Source of the DNA: Squalus acanthias
Lineage: Eukaryota
Assembly: GCA_030390025.1 (NCBI GenBank)
Contig: CM059432.1
Location: forward strand, 6,820,001-6,884,000
Direction of reading: 5' to 3'
DNA length: 64,000 nucleotides
The translations under genes and the position numbers were made by a program. Positions 12,467 through 24,680 of the stretch are shown here, one piece after another. Numbering within the stretch: position 1 is the first letter of the stretch; each line of letters begins with the position of its first letter. Below the pieces are notes generated by a model, which made no database searches, was not told where the DNA came from, and saw only the letters and a list, made by a program, of their open reading frames with translations.

Positions 12467-13060
12467 TGAGTACAAGAGTAAGGAAGTCTTGCTACAATTG
12501 TACAGGGCTTTGGTGAGACCACACCTGGAGTACTGTGCACAGTTCTGGTCTCCTTATCTGAGGAAGGATACACTTGCCTTAGAGGCAGCGCAACGAAGGT
12601 TCACTAGGCTGATTCCTGGGATGAGAGGGTTGTCCACGAGGAGAGATTGAGTAGATTGGGCCTATAATCTCTGGAGTTTAGCTGCGTGAGAGATGATCTC
12701 ATTGAAATATACGAGGGGGATTGCCAGGGTAGATGCTGAGAGGTTGTTTCCCCTGGCTGGAGAGTTTAGAACTAGGGGGCATAGTCTCAGGATAAGGGGT
12801 CAGCCATTTAAGACTGAGATGAGGAGGAATTTCTTCTGAGGGTTGTGAATCTTTGGAATTCTCTACCGCAGAGTGCTATGGATGCTGAGTCATTGAGTAT
12901 ATTCAAGGCTGAGATAGATAGATTTTTGGAATCGAGGGATATGGAGATCAGGCGGGAAAGTTGAGGTTGAAGATCAGCCATGATCTTATTGAATGGCGGA
13001 GCAGGCTTGAGGGGCCGTATGGCCTACTCCTGCTCCTATTTCTTAAGTTCTTATGCTCTT
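12467..13060 (+). mobile_element. CR1 LINE 3' fragment
   Basis: gtgagaccacacctggagtactgtgcacagttctggtc (VRPHLEYCAQFWS) through to the 3'UTR. Confidence 0.9.
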
Positions 13061-13896
13061 ACGTTCCAAAAGGTTGGACACCCCTGCTGTAGATGCATTA
13101 GGTCAGATTATTTTTTTCAAAACAAAACTCACTCTTAGACTCATGCTTAGCAAGAACATATAGCTTCAAGCAGTGCGCAAATCATGATTTTCCGATTGTT
13201 ACTGATTTCTGATTTGGACATAAATCTAGTTGGCTACAATTCCCAGATAGCTCTGTGACCAGACCTCTCATTTTGAAAAGTACATACTATTGATCTTGCA
13301 TTCTTTTATTGTACAAGGACCATGCAAATTTTGTTCTTGTTGAACACCCATGAAGAAAATTTTAGTGGTCAACATATTTCTCACGGATGTTGAAGGTAAA
13401 TAGAAGAGTTTGATTTCTTTGCAGTATTTAGAAGAAAGAAAATTCTTGATGGACCTCATTTTTTGTTGCAACCGTAAAGATGGCTTGCATGTGAGCTGAC
13501 CCTTCCCTTAGATTTCTCAATTTTATAAAAATGTGAGGGTAGAACTCTGGTACATTCAGACTTAAAGGGGAATTATAATCTACTGAAATTACTCTCAATC
13601 CTTGCGTTTCTCAACCCTTATTCCTCCATTTTATTCTTTAGAACTGTTGAACAGTAATGGTAGACATTTTGTGTAGGACTTCTGTGAGATCTTGAGGTTC
13701 TGGCTCAGTTCCCTCATGGGTGGGAAATTCTACCACTGCCATCTTTCATGCTTTTACAGTGGCAGAACTTGCTTCTAGGCTACCTTTGACCAGCAGTTCT
13801 AAAGCATCCAGTGGGGGTAAATGATGTGACTTAGGAATGCTCGCAACTTTTATAACATTTAACACTGGCCAATTCAATAAATTAGAATATTTGCTA

Positions 13897-14130
13897 GTTG
13901 TCCCCGGTGTCCTGGGCCAACATTTATCCCTCAACCAACATCACTGAAACAGATTATCTGGTCATTATCACATTACTGCTTGTGGGACCTTGCTGTGTGG
14001 AAATTGGCTGCCGCGTTTCCGACATTACAACAGTGACAACACTTCAAAAAGTGCTTTATTGGTTGTAAAGCGCTTTGGGATGTCCTGAGGTCAGGAAAGG
14101 CGTTGTATAAATGCGATTCTTTCTTTCTTT
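13897..14130 (+). mobile_element. Deu-SINE 3' fragment
   Basis: Matches the 3' half of the full copy at 17780-18253. Confidence 0.8.
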
Positions 14131-15467
14131 AGTTTGTTCTGTTTGAATTTCGTGGGCCAGCAGGTTTGGAAAGGGCTGCTTTTAGTACTGTTACCTCATT
14201 GGGGATTACATTCTAAATCAGAACACCAGAATTTGTTAGTATTGGCAATTTGTGATAAATGCAAATTAATAGGAACATGGTTTAAACTTTATATATGGAC
14301 CTCCTCCCCTCAGCCTCCAATAGTCTGCATCATTGTGGCCCACAAAGGCAAGCTTGGATACCTACACTATAAACTATATGAATAGTGACAGAAATTGAAG
14401 CCTTTTTCTGTGTTTTTTTTCCCAATTGAGAGATGGTAATAATAATGTGTGATGAAAAGTTGAAATTAGTAACTTAAGCAAACTGGAATGACCAAAAATA
14501 GTAGTGATTTCTCATTAGTGTGACATGCATTTTGAATCATTTCGAGTTCTCTTCATATTTAAAAGAAGAATGTGTCACCTGATCAAGATTTGTATTCACT
14601 TAAACCTGTCATCTCTTCACAGATGTTTGTGAAAAGAAAATGTTTTTAAGAACTCAAACTTGTTGAGTCTTTGAAGTGTTACGCTGTGATTTTTGGAGTT
14701 TTAAATCTCATATTGGTTACGGGATGCGCGTGCTTTTTTCGACCGTGCCAACAGTAATGCAATTTAAGTTGAATAGTCGACTTCACAATGATTGTACAGG
14801 CGGCCACTTTGAAACTTAATGTTAGCAAAAGTTTAGTCAAAATTTTAAAAGGTTAATTCCCACCAATTTATTATCCCCGATTTGAACCCTGCTGACCTGA
14901 CAGGAGTGGTGCGAATGTGGGGTGGGGGGGGGGGGTTAAAATGGTATTAAGGGATGTGGGGCAAAGGCCGGGATATGGAGTTAGGTCACAGATCGGCCAT
15001 CATCTCATTGAATGGAGGAGCAGGCTCGAGGTGCTAAATGGCCTCCTCCTGTTTCTGTGTTCCTATGGCAGCTGGGCTGAACCCGTTGCGCTCCTTCAAA
15101 GTTCACCATTATAAATGTGGGCATAGGAATTTATAACAGTAATACAAAAATAAGGACAGACTCTATGGCTTAGAAAGTCGATGGCAGCGTCATTTGAAGA
15201 ACGGTGCTATTTGAAGAGCAGGGGAGTTCTTCCATTTTTTGAGGAGAAATTCCATCATGTAACAGTATCGACTAAATAGTTTCTGTACTTTAGCTTATTA
15301 CTGTTACACCCGTATCTTTAGCAATCATTCTAGGAGCTGATACGACAATGTCCTTCTGAGTTGGCGTAACTGGTGGCCTTGCGGTCCTCTGGGATGCTTG
15401 TATTGGTTTCCTGGGGTGTCAGAGCAGCGAGGTTAGGCCCTTAGATGTGATATGACCTGGATATGTT

Positions 15468-15825
15468 AGTGCAGTACTGTCGAGGGTGCTGTTTTTTTGG
15501 GATGGGACATTAACCGAGGCCATGCGTGCCTCCTCTCAGGTGGATGCAAAAAATCCTGTGGCGGTATTTCAAGAAGAGCAGGGCAGTTCTTCCGGTATGC
15601 AGCCTGGCCAACATTTATCCTTCAAGCAACATCACCAAAAGCGGATTATCTGGTCAGAAATCTCACTGCTGTATGTGGGACCTTGCTGTGTGTAAATTTT
15701 TGACTGCCGCATTTCCCGACATTACAACAGTGCATATATCTCCAAAGTGCTTAATTTGCTGTGAAGCGCTTTCGGACATCCCGAGTTCGTGAAAGGCGCT
15801 ATATAAATACAAGTGCTTTCTATTT
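15468..15825 (+). mobile_element. Deu-SINE, 5'-truncated
   Basis: Matches the body and tail of 17780-18253. Confidence 0.8.
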
Positions 15826-16214
15826 TTGGATAGATTCACTTTGCATGTTGGTAGCTATATTTGGACAGGAAATAGTTCAAATCTTGCTTCCCTTATTCTC
15901 AGGGATCCTCCTCGTATTCAAGCTTCTTGTATATTCAGTGACATTTTTAGCATACGCCTGTATTTGGCTTGTCTAGTTCATAAGTCTCCAAACTTCTGTA
16001 ATCGCTCCCTCTGGATTTTTGGAGAAGCCCTGGAATGCTCTTTTTCACCAGCTTTTATACTACATATTTGTGTCAAAAAAACAATCTTTTGTGCCTTTAA
16101 TTTTCAAGTAAACCTCCTTGACTTTTATCATTAACCAGACTAAGTGACACATGTATTGCAAGAGTCTATCCCCTTAGATGTCAGTCACATGTTAATGCCC
16201 CAGGTTAACTCTGA

Positions 16215-16697
16215 AAGAAAGACTTGCATTTATACAGCGCCTTTCGTGACCGACCACTGGACGTCTCAAAGCGCTTTACAGCCAATGAAGTACTTTTGAA
16301 GTGTAGTCACTGTTGTAATGTGGGAAACGCGGCAGCCAATTTGCGCACAGCAAGCTCCCACAAACAGCAATATGTTGCTTTTGGTTCTTTTGCCAATCAC
16401 CTTAAATCTGTGTCCTCTGGTTCTCGACCCTTCTGCCAATGGAAACAGTTTCTCTCTATCTACTCTGTCTCGACCCCTCACGATTTCGAACACCTCTATC
16501 AAATCTCCTCTCAACCTTCTCTGCTCTAAGGAGAACAACCCCAGCTTCTCCAGTCTATCCACGTAACTGAACTCCCTTATCCCTGGAACCATTCTTGTAA
16601 ATCTTTTCTGTACCCTCTCTAAGTCCTTCACATCCTTCCTAAAGTGCGGTGCCCAGAATTGGACACAATACTCCAGTTGAGGCCGAACCAGTGTTTT
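16215..16697 (-). mobile_element. Deu-SINE tail (16215-16370) abutting a CR1 fragment (16372-16697)
   Basis: ORF 16266..16631 has CR1 LERVQKRFTRMVPG...GDLIEVF fused to SINE sequence. Confidence 0.8.
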
Positions 16698-17779
16698 TGT
16701 AAAATCCAGAAATTGCCTCTGAATTCAGTTAAGCTCTAGGAATAGTTGGAACAAGGGTATTCAGCATCTATCTATCAGATAGCGATGCTGTCAGTTATTT
16801 GTAATTTTTGACAAATAATTTTGAAATTAAGAGATGTCTGTCATTACTTCAGAGATGCCATTTGTTCTAGTGCAATGGTGAGGACCAAAGTTACATGTTC
16901 AGTTATAAAAAATAAAGGATTTTCTTCCTTTGCCATTTCCAAAGGCACATTAATGTTCATTTCCTTTTCGTTTCAATAAATTTGGTGAGTTCCTGTCATA
17001 ATAAAGCTGCTTGGGACGAACCTTGGATTAGCTGTTCGAAACGAGCAGCGGAATTTTTTTTTTTTGCTCAGCTCCAACAGAGGACGAGTCAGCCTGTTCC
17101 TACGCACGATTATTAACTTTCTTTCTGGCCAGCAGCTAGAGGAAAAAAAAAAAGAGCTCTCTCTGCATTTCAGTAGCAATGTTTATATTGCTGCCAGGGA
17201 CGCCATTGCCTCCAGAGATGTTAGCAGAAACCAGCTCTTGAAATTGGTCTTGGACCCTCCGGAGGCAGTAGAGTCATCTCAGTTACTCGACTGCAATGCC
17301 GCGGAGGGGACTGCTGGCAACAGCAGCAGCAGCAGCAGTTGCTGTTCGGTAACTGCAAGCATATAAGTTGGACTCCGTGAAGTTTCAGTCAAACTTGAAA
17401 GGAACTTCCTCTCATCGGACAACGGGCTCACTTTCACAAAACGCACTAACTGGTTGTGTTCGCACAATTACGAGCTGAACTGCCTGTTTATTCCATCCCT
17501 AAAATTCATAAGCGGATATCACTAGTGCCAATGCTAATCGCACAGTTTATAAATACTGAGGCAAGTAAAAAACTTAGTTTGTGGCAAAGAGTGACATTAA
17601 AGCAGAGTTGATGATGGTCGTTCCTTTTTTTTTACAATTTTTAATTTAATGTGATATTCGTTGCGTGAACTTTATTTAAAAAAATAATTTCTGCAAGTTC
17701 TGTTCGCATTTTGAATACTTGGGAGAAAAGGGTTACAACCGTTAATATTTTATCGTCCAGCTTTTAAATTTATCTTCCT

Positions 17780-18253
17780 GTCAGCCGTGGCTCAGTGGGT
17801 AGCACCCTCGCCTCTGAGTCAGAAGTTTGTGGGTTTAAGTCCCCACTCCAGGGACTTGAGCACAAAAATCCAGGCTAACACTCCCAGTGCAGTGCTGTGG
17901 GAGTGCTGCACTGTCGGAGGAGCCACCTTTTGGATGAGACGTTAAACAGAGGGCCCCGTCTGCCCCCTCAGGTGGATGTAAAAGATCCCACGGCCACTAT
18001 TTTGAAGAAGAGCAGGGGAGTTCTCCTTGTTGTCCTGACCAATATTTATCCCTCAATCAACATCACTAAGACAGATTATTAGGTCATTGTCACATTGCTG
18101 TTTGTGGGAGCTTGCTGTGCGCAAATTTTGGCTGCCGCATTTTCTACATTACAGCAGTGACTACACTTCAAAAAGTACTTCATCGGCTGTAAAGCACTTT
18201 GGGATATCCTGAGGTCGCAAAGGCGCTATAGAAATGCAAGTTTTTCTTTCTTT
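17780..18253 (+). mobile_element. Full-length tRNA-derived SINE with Deu domain (SacSINE1-like)
   Basis: Pol III A box TGGCTCAGTGG (17788-17798) and B box GGTTTAAGTCC (17832-17842). Central gatgagacgttaaac.gagg...aaagatccca.ggcact.ttt.gaagag.agggg resembles the recalled Deu domain. L2-like tail ending in a T/C-rich run. Confidence 0.8.
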
Positions 18254-19589
18254 TAAAACCTTAAACACTCATTATTTTGTAACTTATCAGATAGTGAAGA
18301 GTAGCTCCAGAATGTTTTTTCATAGTTATTTTAAATGACTTTTTTTGGGAGCTGCCTCCTCCGTATCTTTGGTTAGTCATCATTTTACAATTCTCATGCT
18401 ATATGAAAGCAAAATAGCATTTTAGTTGTGCCTGTCACATTCTCTTACTGGACAGAGTTAAGAGGACTTTTCTAGAACTTGCTAATTATCGTGGCAGGAT
18501 CATTGGTAGGATCAGTAGAACTGTGACTGAGGAGTTACTGAAGCAGGAGTCTGATTGTTGAAATCAGAACTACCCCTCACACAGCTATTTTGATTGTAGT
18601 GAATCAAATATTTTCGATGAAGGAATGGAATTTTGAACTATGTTTAGAGTATGAAAAAGAAATAACGCTATTGGAAATTAAATTAACTTCCTATTAAAAA
18701 CTGAAAAGTATGATTAAGCCACCTGCCAGTAGAAATAATTCAGACTGTAACGTGTGTATAAAAAAATTCCGAACATGATATATTCGGGATTTACAAGTTC
18801 TGATGTAACCATAATTAAAAAGAAATGATTCTATTTCAGGAATTTGCAATAACTCTCTTAATATTTAACACATGAATGTGTTCAATATTGATGGAGGAAT
18901 ACGTTGCTACCAAACTGAAATCAGATCCTTGAAACAGAAAGGAGGTTACCATGGAAAAATGAAGTAACACTCGTTGCAGCTGTGATGCATTAATGAATAG
19001 GATATTTTTTTAAAAGATCATTTGTGTTTGGTGTGGCTCGAAGGGACTGAACCAGATGGTTTCCATGAACAGAATCTGACCCTCAGCATGAGCACTGTTA
19101 CTGGCATATTACTTCACTTTCATTCCCTTGATGAACAGTGTGTTGAATTAGAACATGATTTACAGTTATAGGTTGATTTTCTATTTACATTTTAACTCCT
19201 GATTTTTATATTGCGTGAACTGTTTAACTTACCGACATAGAATCGGCAACCAGGATCTATCTGTGAACAGGAAAAGAGTGATAAATTGATGTGAAATTGA
19301 AATTCGCAAGGTTTCAGTTACCTCTTGAACAAGCCTGCTGGTGAAAATATTTCATGGATCTTTCGCAGTGCAATTCTATGAGTTTGAGTTTAAGCAGAAA
19401 TGCATGTAATAAGGGATAAGTGACCATTAACATAGTGATTCTATATGTTTATTTTAGCAAAATATAATCTGAGACCAGACTGTTTCACTCTTTTATACTG
19501 TTAATTAGACAGAAATGATACTGATAAGAGAACAAGAATTAACTTTACTCATTTTTCCTACACTTAGTTTTTTTGTATTGTTGCATGAA

Positions 19590-19990
19590 GAGAGACTTGC
19601 ATTTATATAGCGCCTTTCACGACCACCGGACGTCCCAAAGCGCTTTACAGCCAATTAAGTACTTTTTGAAGTGTAGTCACTGTTACAATGTAGGAAACGC
19701 GGCAGCCAGTTTGTGCACAGCAAGCTCCCACAAACAGCAATGTGATGATGACCAGATAATCTGTTTTAGCGATGTTGATTGAGGGATAAATATTGGCCCA
19801 GGACACCAGGGATAGCTCCCCTGTTCTTCTTTGAAATAGTGCTAAGGGATCTTTTACGCCACCTGAGACGGCAGACAGGGCGTCGGTTTAACGTCTCATC
19901 TGAAAGACGGCACCTCCGACAGTGCAGCACTCCCTCAGCACTGCACTGGAGTGTCAGCCTAGATTTTTGAGCTCCAGTTTCTGGAGTATG
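19590..19990 (-). mobile_element. Deu-SINE
   Basis: Reverse complement of the body and tail of 17780-18253. Confidence 0.8.
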
Positions 19991-20040
19991 AATATTATGA
20001 CCATACATCTCAGTCTGTACTCATTGAAAGCCCAGATTAA

Positions 20041-21407
20041 CATAACATAAGAAATAGGAGCAGGAGTAGGCCATTTGGCCCTCGAGCCTGCTCTGCCATT
20101 CAATAAGATCATGGCTGATCTTCTGCCTCAACTCCACTTTCCTGCACTATCCCCATATCCCTTGATTCCCTTAATATCCAAAAATCTCTCGATCTCTGTC
20201 TTGAATATACTCAACGACTAAGCCTCCACAGCCCTCTGGGGTAGAGTCTGGGGTAGAGAGTTTCGAAGATTCACCACCATCTGAGTGAAGAAATTTCTCC
20301 TCATCTCAGTCCTAAATGGCCGACCTCCTATTCTGAGATTGTGACCCATGGTTCTAGACTCCCCAGCCAGGGGAAACATCCTCTCTGCATCTACCCTGTC
20401 AAGCCCTGTAAGAATTTTGTATGCTTCAATGAGATCACCTTTCATTCTTCTAAACTCTAGAGAATATAGGCCTAGTCTACTCAATCTCTCCTCATAGGAC
20501 AATCCCCCCATCCCAGGAATCAGTCTGATGAACCTTTTCTCTCTCCATCCTTTTCTTAAATAGTAGGGTTACATTTACTATCTTCAATCCGTGGGAACCG
20601 TTTCGAGAATCTATGGAATTTTGGAAAATGACAACCAATGCATCCACTATCTCTATAGCCACCTCTTTCAAAACCCTAGGATGTAGGCCACCAGGTCCAG
20701 GGGATTTATCAGCTCTCAGCCCCATTAATTTCTCCAGTACTATTTTTTACTATTACTAATTTCTTTCAGTTCCTCATTCTCTACTATTTCCGGGAAGTTC
20801 TTTACGTCTTCTTCCATGAAGACAGACACAGAGTGTTTGTTTACTTTCTCCGCCATTTCCTTATTCCCCATTATAATTTCTCCTGTCTCGGACTGTAAGG
20901 GACCCACATTTACTTTCGCTAATCTTTTCCTTTTTATGTACCTATTACAGTCTGTTTTTATGTCTCTTGCTAGTTTACTCTCATTCTAATTTCCCTTTCT
21001 TTATCAATTTCTTGGTCTTCCTTTGCTGAATTCTAAAATCCTCCCAATCCTCAGGCGTACTATTTTTTTGGCAACGTTATAAGCCTCTTCCTTTGATCTA
21101 ATGCTATCTTTAACTTCTCTTGTTAGCCACGGTTGGACCACTTTTCCTGTGGGGTTTTTGTGCCTTAAAGGAATGTATATTTGTTGTAAATTATGTATTA
21201 ATTCTTTAAATGCTAGCCATTGCTTCTCTACCGTCATACCTTTTAATGTAGTTTCCCAATCTACCATAGCCAACTCGCCCCTCATACCAACGTAGTTTGC
21301 TTTGTTTAGATTTAAGACCCTAGTTTCGGATTTAACTAAATCATTTTGAAACTCAATATAAAATTCTCTAAAGGCCCCTTTACTACAAGGTTATTAATTA
21401 ACCCTTT
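20041..21407 (-). mobile_element. CR1 LINE with internal deletion and frameshifts
   Basis: ORFs 21004..21285, 20492..20725 (ADKSPGPGGLHPRVLKEVA) and 20218..20511 are collinear with the 732-aa copy. The RT core is missing at the junction near 20535. Confidence 0.9.
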
Positions 21408-21617
21408 AGATTACACATCGTTAGGTTCTCTGTGGCCCTCTGAAATATTTTATTTCCACTTTCTCCAGTGCACAGCTAATTTAAATTTAAAAGAATATTA
21501 TGAAACAGTTTATACTAAATTTTATATTGCAGTTTAAGGTATGACTGAAATTTGCTGTTGAACATTGCCACCAGGCTGCTTTGCTAATATTTTCTTCAGA
21601 TTTCAACAAGAAGTTTA

Positions 21618-22297
21618 GGGGGGAAAATTGAGTCGCGCCCCTTTTGGGGTGCTAACTTCGATTGGGGGGTACTTTTAGCACCCCGAAAAATTAGCACCCT
21701 CCGCAGGCCGAAATTCATCGGTAGCCCCCCAAGAGGGAAGCGGGGCGCTACTGGAAGCGCCCCGCCTCCCTCTTGGGGCGCTGCGAGCCGCGGTACTGCA
21801 GGCCTTCCTCCTCCTCTTATCGGGAGGGGCCTTGCGCAGCGCGTCCCGGGGCCCAGCTGGGCCACCATGGATCGGAGTGCTGGCAAAAGAGCGCAGCCAG
21901 CACTCCGCGGGGCGGGGGGGCTGCTCAGGAGGCCGGGGAACGGCATCGGGGGCAGGTGCTGGCAGGCGGCCAGCAACAAAAATGGCCGCCCGGCACCTCT
22001 CCTTTAATTAGCGCCGCCCCGGCCGCAGGCAGGCCCCCCTGACCCCGTCGGACACAGCGTCCGGCGGTAAGTCAGGGAGCGCTACCGAAGATTGCGGCCG
22101 GGGTGCTGTGCACGGCGATGACGTCATCACCGGCGGTGCAGCGCGTGGGGCGCTAACGGTTACCGCCGCCACTAACCTCCCGCTGAATTTCGTGGGAGGT
22201 GTTGGTGGCGCCGCGCCCGGGCGCTTGTTGCTTTGCGCCCCATTAGCGCCCTCTTAGGACGCTAACGGGAGGCGCAAAGCAACCGAATTTTTCCCCC
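21618..22297. mobile_element. GC-rich PIF/Harbinger-type MITE
   Basis: TIR gggggaaaatt / aatttttccccc and repeated (g)gcgcta motifs. A second copy lies at 38394-38936. Confidence 0.75.
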
Positions 22298-23419
22298 ATT
22301 ACTCCTTTTACAACTGCAGTTTCATCTTTGCACACAAGAATTATATTACTTGGTGAATACTAGGAACATGACAAGGCCATTCAGCCCCTTGTGCCTATTC
22401 CGCCATTCAATTAGATCATGGCTGATCTGTATCTTCACTCCATCAACCCGCTTTGGTTCCGTATCCCTTAATTCGCTTGCCTAACAATCGATCGACACTG
22501 TGAATGAAATTTGCTTTGGCTATGTGCATTTTACTTTATTTACTTATAAACGTTACCATTTTTCAGACGTCACTGCAAATACTTGCATCGTATGAAAGAT
22601 TCATCTTTTTTCAGCAAACATTCCTTCGGCCTGATGCATGTACAATTGAACACCGTGAAATACTGAGAAGCAACAGCAATAATAAAACCTTTTAATGTTA
22701 GTCAACGTCCCCAGGTGTTTTGGAGAGGCATGAGCAGAGATGAATGGATGCTGAGGCACTGCAGGAGATATTAGGAGGGGTGACCAAAAGGCTTGAGGGC
22801 GGTTCTAACCCAACCTGCCAGGCGGTAATCAGACGGGCAGGCAGTGAAAATCGATCGGGTGACTTACAACAGCAGCTTGTATAGTACTTTTAACATATTA
22901 AAACATCCCAAGGTGTTGACAAACAAAATTTGACAGCGAGCCACATAAGGAAATATTAGGACAGGAAGAGGTAGGCTTAACCCGGGCCTCGCATTGCCGA
23001 ACGCAGGGAAATTTGGCGTGAGCTTCACTACCTGTTGCCCGCCTGACTCCCGCTCCCAGTTAAAATCGGGTCATTTGGTGAAATTCCCTGAACGTGTTGT
23101 CGCCTCCCAAATACCTGCCCAACTCCATGTTTCTGCCCTCCAGCAATGCAATGAAACGATTGTAATCAGCATCACAAATGACATTTGAGGAATGAAAGGC
23201 TAAAGTCTAGGCACTTTAGAGTTTGAAAGTGCAGTTAGAAGTGAATTTGGGGGCAGGGGTTGGTTTCAGGGGTGTGCACAGAAGGATGTGGGAATGGAAG
23301 GGTGTAAGCGATGTAGATGGTGAGAAACACAAGGAAGAAGTAGTCGTAGATGGCCTTGTTTGTAATGGAGACCGTTGTGGGTAAGAGGTTACGTAAGATG
23401 GCAAAGTCATGATCGGCAG

Positions 23420-23795
23420 CCCATCTGCTAGCTTAAACATCCGCTCCCTCCACCACCCGCGCACTGTGGTTGCATTGTGTGCTATCCACAGGATGCACTG
23501 CAGCAACTCGCCAAGGCTTCTTCGACAGCACCTCCCAAACCCGTGACCTCTTCCACCTAGAAGGACAAGGCCAGCAGTTGCATGGGAACACCACCACCTC
23601 CAAGTTCTCCTCCAAGTCACGCACCATCCTGACTTAGAAGTATATCGCCGTTCCTTCATCGTCGCTAGGTCAAAATCCTGGAACTCCCTACCTAACAGCA
23701 CTGTGGGAGTAACTTCACCACACGGACTGCAGCTGTTCAAGAAGGCGGCTCACCACCACTTTCTCAAGGAAAACTAGGGATAGGCAATAAATGCT
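23420..23795 (+). mobile_element. 3' end of the same LINE family as 263-1140
   Basis: aacatccgctccctccaccacc...ggactgcagctgttcaagaaggcggctcaccaccactttctcaagg...ggcaataaatgct. Confidence 0.75.
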
Positions 23796-24284
23796 CGGAG
23801 CAAGAGTGCTACCAACTGAGCCAACCCTCACTGCTGTGGTTTCTTTAACCGTACAAAATAAATACTCTGCATACTAGAAACTGAAGTTGTTGATCTGGAC
23901 TATAGTGCTTTCTACCACATCTATGATGTGACTCTGTGCCTTCATTTGACTCATTACATAGGTTACTCATTGAAGGAAGAGCTGATTTTGGAGTTGGTTT
24001 TCAGTCAGAGGCCACATGTTCAATATGGTCCTCATCCTGAACATTTCTGGTGGTACCCAGGATGTTCCGCAGTAAATAAAAAAAAAAAAATTAAGTTATT
24101 TTTGACAAGAAAAAAATGCTTCAAAAGGCGAGAGAGCATGGGGAAGACAGAGTGAACAGAGGAAAATTGCTTTTCTTCACTGAAAATGGTTCTAAAGAGT
24201 TTTGTTTTAGCAATATAAGATCTTTGTTTGATTATTAAGGCTGCTTCTGACATTTCAGCATGGTTAGAATAAAAAGGAAAAAAA

Positions 24285-24680
24285 AGCGAATTTGCTTTTC
24301 TGTAGCGCCTTTCATCACCTCAGTATGTCCCAAAGCGCTTTACAGCCAGTGAAGTACTTTTCAAACGTAGTTACTTTTGTAATGTAGGAAACGCGGCAGC
24401 CAGAAAATGCGCACAAAGGCTCCAACAAACAGCAATGAGATAAATGACCAGATCATCAGTTTTGAGGGATAAATGTTGGCCAGGACACCGGGGACAACTT
24501 CCCCTGCTCTTCTTGGAATAGTACCGTCAGATCTTGTACACCCACCTGAGAGGGCTGACGGGGCCTCGGCTTTAACGTCTCGTGCGAAAGACGGCTCCTC
24601 CGACAGTGCAGCGCTCCCTCAGCACTGCACTGGGAGTGTCGGCCTGGATTATGCGCTGAAGTCCACAGAGTGGGGCTTGT
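24285..24680 (-). mobile_element. Deu-SINE
   Basis: Reverse complement of the family at 17780-18253. Confidence 0.78.

Noticed and set aside
17780..17850. tRNA gene (A and B boxes), also at 33631
   Set aside because: No complete cloverleaf, and the sequence runs directly into a multi-copy SINE body.
21596..22297. CpG island or internal promoter, with ORFs of 127 and 89 aa
   Set aside because: The GC-rich block is bounded by TIRs and repeated at 38394-38936, so it is a MITE.
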